A stretch of DNA of 58,958 nt, filler included, from Basidioascus undulatus (taxonomy: Eukaryota), in assembly GCA_000826855.1 (NCBI GenBank). It is 5 parts of 5 records of this genome, joined end to end, with 100 filler letters (N's around TTAATTAATTAA, not from the genome) between each part and the next. Parts side by side here need not be neighbours in the genome. Positions count along the whole stretch, not along the records: positions 29,071 to 38,969 come from JTLS01001198.1; positions 39,070 to 48,965 come from JTLS01001199.1; 3 more parts are not named here. One strand, 5' to 3'. The translations under genes were made by a program, and so were the position numbers. A model generated the notes under the pieces. The model was not told the origin of the DNA. It ran no database searches and was given only the letters and a program-made list of their open reading frames with translations. Position 1 is the first letter of the stretch; each line of letters begins with the position of its first letter. Below are positions 34,001 to 47,751 of the stretch, piece after piece.

Positions 34001-34959
34001 AGACGTCCGACCCATAGTCTTTGTGGGGTCCTCATCCGACGTACAAATTAAAACGCAACACCTTCCCTGCTTGAGTTAGAGGAATACTCATTCATGTGGG
34101 CTACAAATGACCCCAAGCAGACCAGAAACACCGTTGCGGGAACACCCACCTACTCGGCCAGAAATGACTTAACCGCATCTTGCAGCTACACCCAATCCTT
34201 CAGTGTGCCTGCTGTTTTATCTTCCGAGTCCAGAAAGTCGACTCCCTTGTTACCCAGAGCTTCGTCGAGTGCACCCATCGTGTTCACATATTGCGCGTGT
34301 GACAGGACCCAATCGTCCAAGATAAGCAAGCCTTTCTGTAACCCGGGCAGGTCTTTCAGCACCTCGAGCGACTCTAGATTTGTGTAGCTGCATGTGATGA
34401 TGATCAGATTCTAAAGGGCTGTGAGGCGCTTGAAGGTGTTGCAGTCCTTGGGGGCCAACGCCACATCGACAAGGCAGAGGTTGTGGAGTTGAGCTGTGGA
34501 CGGGCCGCCCCCAAGAGATTTGAACAAAGGCAAGCCAAGAGGTGGGGATTGTTTGCCACTGGATGTGGTCGAAAAGTCCGTTAGCTGAAGCCGAACCATT
34601 GCTGCGGTCATGTGCCATGGGCCCAAAACCGTCAGCTCCATGAAAGCGTCTGGCACAAAGACAGTTGTGCAGCTTCAAGGAAGACTGCAACGGCCTGCAT
34701 CTGTCCAGTCGAGTATTGGTCGAAGTTCCGTGGATTGTGAGAGCGAGCGATTGACAGATTGATAGTGCGCACATGAAGCGGGTTGAGGTGAGGCATGAGA
34801 TCAACGAAAGCAGCGATCGAAGGAGGCGAGAGTGTAGTGTGCTGTGGAGGTGTAGAAGCGTAACCCTCCTCACACCACGAGAGACCAGACTGAAAGGGAT
34901 CATAGTGTCCTGGGCATCTCGATTGTGTGTGCAAGCGAGAGAGCGCGAGGAGAGGGTGA

Positions 34960-35348
34960 GAATGGACTGTGCTCTGAAGGAGAATCATCCCTTCCAAAGG
35001 AAATATCTGCTTTCTGAAGGGAACGACTGTCCCTGGATGAAGGACTGTCCTGGGGAATGGACTGCTCTTGACTGCAGGGCTGTCCATGCACAATGGACTG
35101 TCCCTGAACATTGGACTGTCCTTGGGGGGTGGATTGTCCTTCGGGGGTGGATTATCCTTGGGGGGTGGATTATCCTTGAGAGCAGGACTCTCCCTGCTGT
35201 AAAGAACATCCTTTTGTGAAGGACTGACCTTGCTTTGAGTACTGTCCCTGCGCCAAGGACAGTCCTTGCTGTAAGGACTGTCCCTGTCTGAAGGACTGTC
35301 CCTGCTTCAACCACTGTCCTTGCATAAAAGCTGCTCAAGGACTGTCCA
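34960..35348. repeat. Degenerate 18-bp-period tandem array with core GGACTGTCC
   Basis: GGA(C/T)T(G/A)TCC recurs at about 18-nt spacing. The minus frame gives hexapeptide repeats (GTVLQT GTVLTA RTVLGA GTVLKA; RIIHPP RIIHPR RTIHPP). Confidence 0.8.
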
Positions 35349-36319
35349 AATTCACAACCCTGTACCTGAACAATGGACCATCCTTGTCTGAAAGAATAAA
35401 GAGTGTGCATGTACTGCAAACTGGCTTAGCTCCAGCCATCAGCATGTGTGGCAGCTGGTGCGCAAGATGGACTCCATACTGACCCAGTCCTTTGCTGCTG
35501 CTGATTATGATTGGCAAACTACAACTGTAAGTAACATATGAGTATCAATAATGGATTGAACTGGATATGCCATCATACTGCAACCTGCTGGGCTCCAATC
35601 CTGAAGAGCTGAACGGAACAGTCCTGCTGCAGAACATCCTGCTCATGTAATTCTCAATTACCCAGTATAGGTAAAAACTGAACAAACATCCCTGGAATCA
35701 GAGTTCCTGGCACGGAAGGCTCTCTCCGGGCTGTCTTTCACAGAGGGTGTCTTGCTTGAGTATTCTCATTTATGATGTAGACAGTCACGGGGTAAACAGT
35801 CCCTGAATTTGCAGTCTTCACAAACAGGACGGTCCCCCTTCAGTTCAGAAGGTTAAAGGACAGTCTTCCGGGATACATTCACTGTGAGCGTAGTCCTAAG
35901 GATAACATGATCTAGCATAGCAGGGAGGAGAGGTCGGTAGATCAGGCAGTTCAAGTACCAGAGACTCAGTGCCACACATCTGCAGTAGATTTCAGAGCTG
36001 CATTGTCTGTTCAATACCTCAGGAAACACAAGGTATTAAAGCAAGAGGGTCAGGATCAGGAGATCAACTCTATATTCTGGTATCATCAAAACCCGCCAGC
36101 AGTCCCTACCACTCCATCTTGCTCCCTCCACCGTCCTCATCTTCGCGCTCCTCGCCCTCACTGTCCTCCCCAGGCAGCCACCCCCTCAGAGCCTCCAGCC
36201 TCCCTTCCAAGCCCGCAGCGTACCGGCCCTCCCCCCAAGCGCGAATCCGCTCAAGGACAAGGCAGCACAGCGCACCCCAGCGCTTAAGGAGGTCCCCGTC
36301 CCAGAACGTAACAATGTTC

Positions 36320-37466
36320 TGTGGGGCAGGCTCTTTCGGTAAAACTGTTTCGTGGCTGCAATGGTAGAAAGAGGAGAACTTACCACGTGCGGCAGAGCGC
36401 TAGGCTGGGAAGGCTGGTCCTCATACGCGATGTACAAGCGGCATCGGGCGCGCTGGAACGCAGCGCCGAGGATGCACAGAAGATCGAGCTCAGAAGTCAC
36501 GTGCGAGGGGAGAGCTCCCGCAGCATTGCGAGCACTTTCGCGGCCGCGGCCGCGAGCTCGTTCTTAGCGTGGTAGAGCGAGACGGTACTGAGCGTGGAGT
36601 GGAGGATGACGAAGGGGTAGGCTATGAGGGGCGCTGTTGGCTCGCGTTCAGGGCATGTTCAGTGAATACCTCTCAAGTTGCGAGAGGGGGAAGGAACAAA
36701 GGGGGAAGACGAACTGCGGACAGGCCGGGTATGCAACGCCCAGCGACTTGATCGCTTCGACGAATGCGAGCGAGAAGACGGGGCCTGTAGACAGCTCGCC
36801 TGGCAGCTTGTTGTCGACTTTCAGGCCAACCCCGATGATGGGGTGGGGCAGGAGCATGGGGTGCCCTGGGACGGAGGACGGAAGCGTGCCGCAGTGCCAC
36901 ACCTCCTTCATCCTTCCCCACCAAAAACAAACTGCTATCAGTCTGGGGATGGACGGCTGGTGGAAGAGCGACTTACGTGTTCTCCAGCCGCTTTCACCGA
37001 TCATCGGCACCAGCACGTCGACATAGAGCCTGAACCACTTCCCCTCCATCTGAAAGCTGCTCTCGAACACCTTCGCGGCGAGCAGAACGGGCGGTACGGT
37101 TGAAGGGGCATCCGGTGCGGACGCGACCGCTTCGTTTGGACGGCTCTGGGGGAATGGCCCTGGCAAAGAAGCATCCCGAAGATCGAACTGAGCGCAGACC
37201 GAAGGTGAAGGCTGGAAGATTCCTCACGAGGTCATGACCCGGCGGGAGGACGCCTGGGAACCTCAGGATGTACTCATCCAAGCAATGTGACGACGTTCCG
37301 CCTCGCGTCGAGAACAGTGGGACGGGCCTCGATCCACGCCGCGTGCAGCGTGTGCACGCGGTAGTTCACCACGCTCGCTGGGGAAGGCGGCCGAGAAGGC
37401 GGGGATGAGGGGGATTGCGAGCTCACCGAGTAGGAGGAGGGCGAGGAGGAGGGGGTGCTGCTCATG
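36320..37466 (-). CDS. Hypothetical fungal gene or pseudogene
   Basis: Ser/Pro-rich start (MSSTPSSSPSS) followed by coding-like segments in shifting frames with stops. No family recognised; boundaries approximate. Confidence 0.3.
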
Positions 37467-38358
37467 GTGTAGGAGTGGGTTGGTGGAAGGGAAGGACGGG
37501 GAACGCGGTGGGAGGGCGAACGCAGCTGAAATTTTGACTCTCGGGATTCGTGCCGTGCCACGAACGACGGCTGACGTTCGCGCCACATTTTCGGAACAAA
37601 TACCCCAGGAATTTGCATCAAGAGAAGACAGGGTCATTTATACATTTGGTCGACTGAGAGAAGGCATGAAGCGCACTGCCCGACTCGTCACCGAGGCCGA
37701 CCGCCGCGAAGATCGACGGATTGGCCTGCTACTACCTCAGGAGCTGCCAAAGGCTTGCGTGAAGATGGAAACTTTCATATTTACTGGACATTCAGTATTA
37801 TTGCAGATGATATACTATCAGAAAGGAAGAGGAAGCGTGTCGTGTTGTTCGCGCAGCAAGACTTTCTCGGCTTTCATCTTCAGCAGGATATCACCTGTGC
37901 TGCAGCGACCCTTCAGCATTCGTTCTTATTATCTTGTTCCAGGACTCATGAGTTAGGAAAAGCATACTCCAGACACTTACATCGAGGTCTACCAAGCAAC
38001 AGCCAGCGTGCGCGAACTCCGTTCGAGTCCTTGCCGCCATCAGCAGCCTGCCATTCCCAAGTTCTCCTCTCCAGCATCTCTTTCTCCCACATCAGTCGAA
38101 CAATGATTTCACAAAAGCCCAGAGATTCGGCTGGGCAGCAGCCAGCGGCGGCCTTCGACTCTGGCAGCCATCTAGTCCACCTTCTCGCTCGCCATCCTCA
38201 CGCACGAGTGATTCCTCGGCAGCGAGGCCTTCTCTTCGCCTACGCGAGGAGAAACGACCCTGCCCTATCATACAAGCATAGCGATGCGGACCAGAACAGG
38301 TATCGAATGTATCTCGTCATGCAAGTGCAACAAAACGTATGCTAAGGGAATGAACAAA

Positions 38359-38969
38359 TCACTCGCATCTCCTGTATCGCATCTCCCTCTCCCTCTCCCC
38401 ACCGGCGCCCACCTGCGCCTGGTACGCCTGCCACTCGGAGACCTTAACCGTGGCGGACTGCCTCCTCCCGCCAGCGCCCATTTCCGCCGGGTGCGCGCCA
38501 CCCGCCGCCGCCGCACCGACAAGATCGACGCTCGTGCGCCTGGCAGCAGCGCGGCCCTCACGCAACGCGGCGCGCTGCGCGCGCTCACGCTCGCCCAAGG
38601 CCCACGCTCGGCGCTCCTCGGCCTTGGTGCGCTCCCACTCGGCCTTGACACGCGCGAGCTCGATCTCCTCCTGCATCGCTCCCGTAACGGGCCTCTGGAG
38701 CTTGGAGAGGCGTGCGCGATGACGGGCGTTGAGCTCTTCCACCGTAAGAGTCCGCGGCTGCTGCGAGCCGGACGGCTGCGGCGGGGCGGGGACATCGAGG
38801 TCCGCCGGGGGCGGGGCCGACCACGGGATCGTCGGCGACGACAGCGTCGTGCGCCGCGGCTGCTGCGTGCCGATCACCTGCCCGGGGCCCGGGCTGCTAG
38901 GTACGGCGTGCGCGACGTGGTCCGCGGTCGTCCAGAGCTCGGAGGTCGGGCGAGGCGCGGTGGCTGGGG
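38359..38969 (-). CDS. 3' part of a hypothetical protein with a charged coiled coil; truncated by the gap
   Basis: GC-rich open frame LTVEELNARHRARLSKLQRPVTGAMQEEIELARVKAEWER...; the 5' end lies beyond the contig edge. Confidence 0.6.
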
Positions 38970-39069
38970 NNNNNNNNNNNNNNNNNNNNNNNNNNNNNNN
39001 NNNNNNNNNNNNNTTAATTAATTAANNNNNNNNNNNNNNNNNNNNNNNNNNNNNNNNNNNNNNNNNNNN
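38970..39069. other. Artificial contig linker
   Basis: N44-TTAATTAATTAA-N44. Confidence 0.98.
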
Positions 39070-39165
39070 CTCTTTGCATTCTCCACCCACTCCTCTTCAA
39101 ACTCCAAACAACGCCCTTTCCCTCCTTCTCTCTTGCTCATTCCACCCTCCGCCCCCCACCCGCAG

Positions 39166-39513
39166 ATTACGACGAAATCGAAATCGAAGACATGGAGTGG
39201 GACCCGGTCCACAAGGTCTTCCACTTCCCCTGCCCGTGCGGCGACCGCTTCGAGATCTCCAAGCGTGCGCTTGCCGAGGGCGAGGACACGGCGCCGTGCC
39301 CGAGCTGTAGTCTGATTATAAGGGTGGTTTACGACCCGGTGCGTCCTTACCCCTGTGTCCCTCCCCTCCTCTCTTGAATGCCGGACTTATGAATCGTCCG
39401 GGTCGCAGCTGGACTGGGAGGACTACGACCCCGCCGATGACGAAGACGCCGCCGATGCGAATACCGGCCTGGTGGGCGACAGCTGCACGATCGCGGTAGC
39501 CGCGGCGGCGTAG
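39166..39513 (+). CDS. DPH3: Diphthamide biosynthesis protein 3 / Kti11 (CSL zinc finger); first exon lost in the gap
   Basis: [12 protein letters not shown]...[13 protein letters not shown]...[16 protein letters not shown], intron, then LDWEDYDP...AAAA*. Confidence 0.93.
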
Positions 39514-42455
39514 ACTGGCGATGGGCTCCGGGTGGGGTGGTCGCTCGGATGACGATTCTCTTTAATCTACGGGAGAGCAGGGGAGGAGGTCCGGCTTGAG
39601 CTGCGGCTCGTCGGGCTGGGGGTGCGCTGGGTGACAGTGCTGGGGTGGGGTGAGGACGTGGGGTGCGGTAGAGGTGCGGGGGGTCGAAGGATAGATATGG
39701 ATGCGCCGCGGTGGCTTCTATGGGTTCGTGCAGGCTGGGCTCGATGGGGCTGGCTGGCTGACACGAACTCAACTTGCTTCTCCATGCATCGCTCAATCAT
39801 TGCCCTTCGTTTTCGATCCTCACTTCCGTTCATTTTCGAACCTCGCACTCACTCACACGTCCACTCACCTCTCCTGCTCATCCTCTCCCTCCCATCCCAC
39901 AAACACAACGTACCTGCGGAGGCTTCTGTCGGTGCTCGTCGGTGCTGGCTGACCAGAACTCATTCTCATCACCTCGAGTCCCTCTTTCGCGCCACGGCAT
40001 TTGCAGACTTATCCTCATCCTCATCATCTCTTCTCTCACCCGTCCCCTAACTCTCACCCCAAGCGCCGTCCCGCACCTCTCCCTCCGCTTTCCTATCCCA
40101 TTGCGCACACACTCGCCGCCTCGGCGCTGCGGGAGTGCACGTGAGGGAGAGAAAGGGCAGCGGGAGGCTGCTGCGTGGGTGGGTGGAGTTGCTTGGGCTT
40201 GGCGGGCGCTCGTGGGAGCTGGGCCCGCGTTGGGGGATGGTGGACAAGCGGGCGGGGTAGAGTTGCGGTTAGGGACAGTGGATAAGATTCAGACGCCCGG
40301 CGGTGTCCGAAGGATGGTTGTCGAGGCGCACGAGGCGCGCGAGGGATGATATTCCCCCCGAAGCCCTGCTCGACTTGCAGCCCCGCCGGCCGCTCAAGCT
40401 GAGAGCACTACAAGGCCGCAAGAAGGGCTGCACGAGCGCGTCCATCACGCTTGCTGGGAGTGGACACCGTTGGCTGTCCTTACTGAGCGGGGTAGTCTGA
40501 GTGCGCAGTATGTCTAACGACGATGGGCTTCGAAAACGAAAGAAAAGCACAGCATATTGGCAGAGCAGAAGTGTAGAGTACATGACATGGAACGAGAGTG
40601 GCAGGTTCTACGTGCGGCGAGCAGCTTTCCCAATCCTCGTAAAGTTGTCCTCGACGAGCGACAATTTCTGAGTCGGAGAAGCAACGGTTACGTACGTAGC
40701 GTCAGCAAGATGCCGTGGGGACATGCGATTGCATCAAAAGGGGCCCACCTCCACCTCCGCGTTGTTTTACACGAACTATTCTTCGCCCGCCCATGGCAAG
40801 TGCTCGAGGAGGAAGACGGTCCCCTTGAAGATGAAGGTCGGCAGCGAGCCCAGAGCGACGGCCAACGTCCAGAGCACGTCGGGGAGCTCGCGCCACTCGC
40901 GCTTGCAGGAGCGGCAGCTGAAGACGACGTCGGGGAGGGGGATGGTTTCTCGAGGTCGGAGAGCATCTCGGCGACGACGGCGTCCCATAAGTGCTGGAGT
41001 TCGAGATCGAGGGCAGTCGGGCTTGTCTAAGGGACCAGGAAAGTGTCAGAATGGAACGACGGTCAGATTCGTAGGTCTGTCTGGCTGGATCAGGGGCTCG
41101 ATGGGCGCACTTTATTGTTAACGCAGGTAGAACCGCTCGGGCTATTGGTCATGAACGCGATGCCGAAGGGAGGGCCCGGGTAGAGCTCATACCGGACCCG
41201 CATGGAATTATCATCGCATTGATGTTTCCTGATCTCGCTCCCGAGCCTCTTTCCCTCCCAGCCAGACCATGTCCGCCCGAGCAGAAGTCTTGTAGTTCTG
41301 GACGCGAAGGACGAGGTCGTTGGGATAGACGTCCTACCCCGAGTACCTCGTGAACATCACCCGCACGCCGGACCATTCCGCAAGCGCAGAGCACTTTACA
41401 TTATATTGAGCTTGACATCGGGTGTCTGAAGGCATCCAGTCAGCTCTGCTCCAAGGGCGTTTGGACCGCGTGGGGGCATGCACAGATTGATCTTACAGAG
41501 GTAAGGACGTCCGTCGACTGCAGGCGCGTGCCTCCGAGAAGCTGGCATTTACCGAGGGGCCAGGGTCGGGCATGTTTGGCCTGTATCCAGTAGTGTGTGA
41601 GGTTTATGCCGTCAAGAAAGGAAACTCAGAGGCGCGAAATACCACAGTCACCGCGGTGTAAATGAACGTGGCGTTGGGCGCTGCAAAAGTCTGACCTGGT
41701 AGTGAAAGGTTGCAGGTGCGAATTGTTTCAGCTCAAGAATCCAGTAACCGGAAGCTCCCTGGGGCGAAAGGGGCATGGTTTTGACGTACTGGCTTACACG
41801 GTTGCAGAGGAGCAGTTGAGGTCGTCCCAGGCATCAGCGAGTCCGTCGGCAGTCGACAAGACCGGGTACGGCCGATAGACGGTCGGACGGCTTTAGTCGT
41901 CGCAGTCAGAATTTTTTCTGAATTCAAATGGGATAACCGTCTCGAGGTGAAACCAGGACTCGATATGCACATTCGTGGCGAGAGTGAAAGCCATGACCGC
42001 GGCAAGTCAGACAGCGATGACCGTGTGCCCGAGGATTGAGTAGCGAGGTTTGAAAGGGCGCTAGCACAAAGACACCAGTCGAGATACATTATTATTAGTA
42101 TTCAAGGGGCATTATGGGTACGATGGTATAAGGCTGTACGCTCGATCGACAGGCGGAGGACGAAGGCAAGCGGCTGGCCAAGGCTGGCGATGAAAACTGC
42201 CGAAGCTCAGCCAGCAGCGGTTGTATTGCGACCGATCACTAACAGCCCTTCGAGTATCAGCCCCGTTGTCTTCCTAGTTCTCGGGTGCCCAGCCTCTCAT
42301 CGCCTTCGCTTCCCTTCCCCAACCATTCGCCACAGTCTCCAGAGCACTCACTACAAGAAGGGCTGTTGACCAGCTCTCCACCTTCTCCTCATAACACGCA
42401 CTTCACATTGCACCTACATTTTTCGTCGTCCTTCCACAATGCAGTGACATCAACC

Positions 42456-42902
42456 ATGGTCAATCGCCCTGGTCGCCTCCTCTTCCCGATGCCCAAGAGC
42501 GCTGACACTCCTGCCACCTATACTTTCTGTTTTCGTCATAAACAGGGCGCTTGCCACTCTTGCCTCGTCACCGTCGGACACGCCCTGCTCGACATCGCTG
42601 ACGCCTTCTACACGGCGCTGTACACGCTCGTGCGCGCTCTCGGCGATGTCGTCCTCGCGCTCGTCGACTGCCTTACCTGGCCGTGCGGCGGCTCGTGCCG
42701 TCGTCGAGACGGGTACCCCTACGACATTAAGGTGTCACCTCCGCATAGCCACCACAGCCAAAGCCACCATGGTAGCGAGCACGGGCACAGCGTGTACGAA
42801 GCGCGCGGGTCGCCGCCACACGTTCCCGCTCTCGCGGCGCCGGCGCCGGGATACGGGAGGCATCATTCGAGCCAAGTGATGAGGGGCCGGTATGAGTACT
42901 GA
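42456..42902 (+). CDS. Small hypothetical protein (MGAC start, amphipathic helix, Cys cluster, His-rich tail)
   Basis: ATG followed at once by a GT...CAG intron gives MGACHSCLVTVGHALLDIADAFYTALYTLVRALGDVVLALVDCLTWPCGGSC. Confidence 0.55.
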   Translation: MVNRPGRLLFPMPKSADTPATYTFCFRHKQGACHSCLVTVGHALLDIADAFYTALYTLVRALGDVVLALVDCLTWPCGGSCRRRDGYPYDIKVSPPHSHHSQSHHGSEHGHSVYEARGSPPHVPALAAPAPGYGRHHSSQVMRGRYEY

Positions 42903-43380
42903 AGGAGGCTGGGAGTTCTTGGAGGCTGTAGGATGGGATTTCTTGATTCTTGAGAGTCTTGACGCGGAGGGCGCTGAGAGTTCGACGGGTTTCTCGCGTT
43001 GCCTGACCTTTCCCCACTCTACTCTATCGTCCTGTTATTCGCTTCAATAAGCTGTTTGATTAGGTTTTCCATTTCCACGTTCTTTGTTTGTTTGTTCCTG
43101 TGTTGTACGAGATACCCGCTTACGACGATGACGACCTTGACGATATCTAGCTCTGAATAAAACGTTTGTACCTCACTGCCATACAGGCATGCCGGCGCTG
43201 CACGAGATTTGAGTGATGAGCGCAGACTTTGTAAAGTAGGAGAACAGTGCCAATGGCGAATCCATCCGTAGCTGATCGAGATGATCCGGGGCTGTTCTAT
43301 CCTCCCTACTCTCGCCCTCCCTCGTCCGCTCGCTGCACCGCCGTCCTTGTCGGCGTCGTCGGGCTCATCGGGGCCCTCTC

Positions 43381-45553
43381 TTAGCCGCCCGCCCTCCGGT
43401 CCGATCCAGCGTTCACAGGCGTGCTCGGCCTCCCCTCGCCATCCATCCCTTCTTCGATACCCTCCACAGCGGCCGCCTCCGCAGCGTCCAAAGCTCTCGG
43501 CCTCGGCCTCGGCCCTTTTCCCTCCGCGGCGGTAACGCCTGCACCTGCCTTCGCGAGCGCGACGTAAAATGCGGCGAGGACGATGACTGCCGCTCCGGCG
43601 AGGGAGAGCGGACTGGGGGTCGAGCCGAGTACGACTCGCTGGAAGAGCAGCGCCCAGACAATGTGAATGTACATGGCCAGGGCTCCCCTTCGCACAGGAA
43701 AACTCATCGTCAGCGCTGAGACAAGCGGGAACAGGCAGGCTCTGCTTACCGGCCCGCCTTCTCCCTCTGCAGCCCCATCGTGAGGCACGTCTGCGCGCAG
43801 AATCCCAAGACGCCGACCGCGAGAAGCGTTAGGAGCCAGCGTGGAGAGGTAGGCACCACCAGCGGCGTACGGAGGACGAGAGAGCCGATGGTGGAGAATA
43901 TGACGCTGCAGGGGCTAACATAGGAGATGATCTGGAGGGGTTGTGCCTGCGGCAGGTAGAGCTAGATTAGCGGGGTGTTCTCAGTTGGAAGGTGGGAGCG
44001 AGCGTATGCGTTTCCCGATCGAGCGCGTTGTTACATCTGATCTCCAGAAGATTAGTAAGACCTGGATCAGCACATGAGAAGAGGAGAAGCCCGTGAGGGG
44101 GAGGCGGACAAGTTCCGGCTGCGCCGAACACGCCAATGACCGACGCGCTGCGATGCTCCCCCCGAGTTAGACCTTAGAAGGTACTGAAGAGGAACAGGCT
44201 TACCCAACAGCAGAGCCTCTGCGCTTGGCTGACATGCACACCACCCGCATCGCCGTCTTATTCACCAGCGCGCCCGGAAAGCGCGCTCGGGCGCGCGATA
44301 AGTATGACGCCGAGGAGACTGCACACTGCTCGACGAAAGGGAGAGGAATCGGGTTGAATTGGTGAGTGAATTCTGGCCGAAGAACCAAGTGCGTCGACAA
44401 GAACTAAGAATACCGGTAACGCAAGGTGAGAGGAAAGTGAGGACCGTCGCGTCGGAGAGGGTGAGGTACTGAAGAAAGAAAGATCTGGCACGGCGGGAAG
44501 AAACGTATTAGGCTCGGGCGGCAAGAAAGGGAAAGGCGCAAGATCACGACAGGAGAGGGATGCCCATCTGTTGCGGAAGAATATTTTCTCGGATTCAGTA
44601 CAGTTCACGAAAGGAGAAAGGGGGGGCGGAAGTAGGGCAGGGAGGATGAGACGTACCCGACTGTCCCGCGCAGGAAGAGCAGCGGCCGAACTTCCCGTGG
44701 ACCGAAGATAGGGTCTTGAAGTTCTGTGGCCTGGAAGAAAGGATGAACGGAGAAAAATAATGAGATCTTCTAGTGGTGTTTCAGAACCGGGCGTTGTGGG
44801 GTCGACCTACCTTCAACCAAGCGGCGCAAAACATCCAGGTGATTCCGTTGGCGCGAGCGTACACCCTGCTTAGCCGTATCGTGCGCTAGTGCCAAATCAT
44901 ACAATGCGGATAGCCACAAGCTGCGTTTTCGATGAATATTTCGAACGAAAGGCAGCCGGAGCATGGCACCGAAATGGGAACAACGGAACCGAGGGAAACT
45001 TACTGCCTATGAGTCGAGAATGCGGTGGATGATGGTAGCAACGTCAGGATGAATTTATCGTTAAAGAGCAGCATATGGTGGATTACCAGCAATGAAGCAC
45101 TGCGAAAGGGCAACGAGGAGCACTGTGTCGTGCGTATTGCGCCGATTCCGCGTGAGCACCGAGCCAAGCACACACAAGGAACACTTCCCAAAGCACCCAA
45201 ACGGCCCATTCCCAACAAACTGTGCGCAACCATACACCGATCCATCTCCCGCCCGGTTCACCAAAGTACTTACATCCCTTGTTCCGCTGTACGCCCTCCC
45301 GCACGCTTTTCCTCCAACCCCTCCCACCTCCCGCACCCCACGCCTCGCCATCCACCTTGTCCAAATCCTCCGCGACATGAGGAAGCTCGTCTGCCGCGCT
45401 GTCGCGGCCGTAGGACCTCGACGTCCGCTCGCGCGCAAGCGGCGTTGTGGAGTCGTCCGAGGTGATGGTGATGTTGCGGATGCTGGTACGAACCTTCCGG
45501 GAAACCTCTGAAGTTAGAAACCGCAGTGAATGAGGATTGTAACCGTTGAACAT
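43381..45553 (-). CDS. EamA/DMT-superfamily membrane transporter (multi-exon; start approximate)
   Basis: Exon peptides RNKG..LLVALSQCF, DPIFGPREVRPLLFLRGTVG, GVLGFCAQTCLTMGLQREKAG and RGALAMYIHIVWALLFQRVVLGSTPSPLSLAGAAVI are typical of fungal EamA proteins. Confidence 0.8.
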
Positions 45554-46459
45554 GAACGTACTGGTCTGTTTCTGGCATGCTGAATAGCGGCCCCTGGCGT
45601 GAGGAGTGGGAGAAGGCAAGAAGACGAGCTCGAGATTTCGCTCGGGATGGCGCTCGGCCCGGCCCGGCCGGCAGGAAGTCAGGCACGCTGTCGTCGTGTC
45701 GATCAGATGAGGTTCTTCATGTCTTGTCATTATAAGACTGCACGAAGACTCGAGGTTATCAGACTTTTTTTTCTCTTGTTGATACTTGAAGAAACGAAAT
45801 GAAATGTCGGTAGCTGGTCCGTGGGGCCCGAACAGCAGCAGCTTGCTGCCTGGGACGTCAGTCGAACTTCTCCTCAGGAACCAAGACGTAGCAAAAGCCC
45901 AATCAGAGGAGCGTTAGAGTCCTCAAAGAGAAAAAGTTTCTAATTAACTTGATCACGTTACCCCTGAAGTGTTGCACAGACAGCAGCTGAGAGCGTGTAG
46001 CCCTGCGATTCTGCAACGTTGGGACTTGGCGTCACCGCGGGACAGTGGCTAGCGATTGACTGCCAAGATTTTTGGTCCACAGCTGGCACGCCCGAACAAG
46101 TCAAGGCCTCGGAAAAGGCAAGTAGCCTGTATTTGGTAAAAACATGTCCACCTTTCGGAAGTAGTGTGAATCGTGGACACCGGCAGCTGGGTAAGCCACG
46201 CCTCTGAAGCGTCCCGGATAATTTTCACACATTAGCCGCTTAATATATCTTGAGTTTGAGCTCTAAGACTTATTGAAACGGATTTTTGAGAGTTTTCCTT
46301 AATTGGAGGGCGCTGTGACTGTTTTCTGAAATCGAAACCTGATATTCGGCCCAAAGCTATTTCATTCACCGCCATGCGAGAGAGCCATTCAGCGGAGCCT
46401 TGCCAACCTTCCCGCGTCTACCAACTTTTACCACTCCTACTTGATCCTCGATCACGAGC

Positions 46460-47751
46460 TCACGCTTACCTGTCGAAATATTACGTTCGATCGTCGCTGA
46501 GCTCGGCCACTCCCGAGAGGATGAGCATCACCGCTACTCGCCATACGAGGGCGTCCGTTGGGATAGTCACGCATCTCGAGCGCTCGTTCAACTATGTTGC
46601 ACATCTCGCACCTTTTTCGATCTAGCCCGACCTGCTCTCTCTCGCTGCTTCTCTGTCCACGCTGTCGCGGCGCCGATGCCGGTTGTTGAAGGACATGGGC
46701 AAGGAGAGTCGTGCGGTCCTCGTGCGGTGCGTGGTGTCGCCAGTTGTCCGCAAACAACGTGCACGGTGAAGCTGACCTCGCTGACCTCGTTGATGTTGCC
46801 ATGTCCCTAGTAGTCTTCGTGGGGGATCCCCTTAGCAAGGGTATCGGCCAAGCGCTCGACACCTTTCTCTCTCGCGTGCGCGCAACCTCGAGACGCTCAG
46901 CTGGAAAACGCACCGCACGAAGGGCACGTCGGGCGGATATCAGCTCAGCTACGCTGGCTGTCCGCGCCTCAGCACGCCCGTCGTACCTCGGGGCGATCAC
47001 GCTCTATATTCGCTGCCGTAGCTGAGAAAGAACAATATCTCGTCCCTTCGGATCTGGGCCAAGCACGCAGCGCTCGAAGACCTGCGGCCGATCGTCCAGC
47101 GATTCAAGCATCTTGACGAACTCATTGTCCCGCCGCTTGTCGACCGCCCGGACGCTATTATTATCTTCAGACTCATTTTACTCCCTCCCAAGTGAGTGCA
47201 TCGTTCCCGGACTGCAGCTCCAGTCTGCGCTCCTCCCGTTTGTACTTTGTTCATTGGGACTGACTCACTCTCCGCTGCTTTTGTCCAGATTGCCGGTTAT
47301 CTCGCTGATATCTGTCCTGCCCTCCGTCACCTTCGTGTCGAGATGGGTTCGAGCCGGCAGCTCGGGTCCCTTGCCACGACGACGCAAAGAAAGCGATTCG
47401 CAACCTCTCGCAAAACTGCGAGGAGTGCATCCGCGAGCACGACCCATTGGACAGCACTCCGCGTCACTGGAGCATCTCTCCGTCGCCTCGGCCGCGCTTG
47501 ACGCCGTCGTAGGCCTCCTCACCGAAGCGCGGCTTGAGGCGTTCGAAACTGCCGAGGACAAGGCTGCGGAAGTGGCGCTGGTCCGCAGGCCCTACCCGCA
47601 CTCGAGAGCTTTAGTTCCTTTCAGGTGGTATGGCGAGCTCCCCCGTCATCTCTGGTTGCATTTCGATGTCGAGCGGACGAAGGCGGGTGTGAAGTGTCTT
47701 CGCCGTGCGGCAGTGGACAGCCCTGTTGTCCATGCACGTCCCTCGTTTTGA
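46460..47751 (+). pseudogene. F-box-like / LRR-like gene remnant
   Basis: RLPVEILRSIVAEL...ALVQLCCTSRTFFDLARPAL is F-box-like, with a TGA just upstream (46442-46444) and frame changes downstream (LRHLRV, LEHLSV). Confidence 0.4.

Noticed and set aside
34960..35348. CRISPR array
   Set aside because: Units are only 18 nt, degenerate and lack unique 25-45-nt spacers; eukaryotic context with no cas genes.
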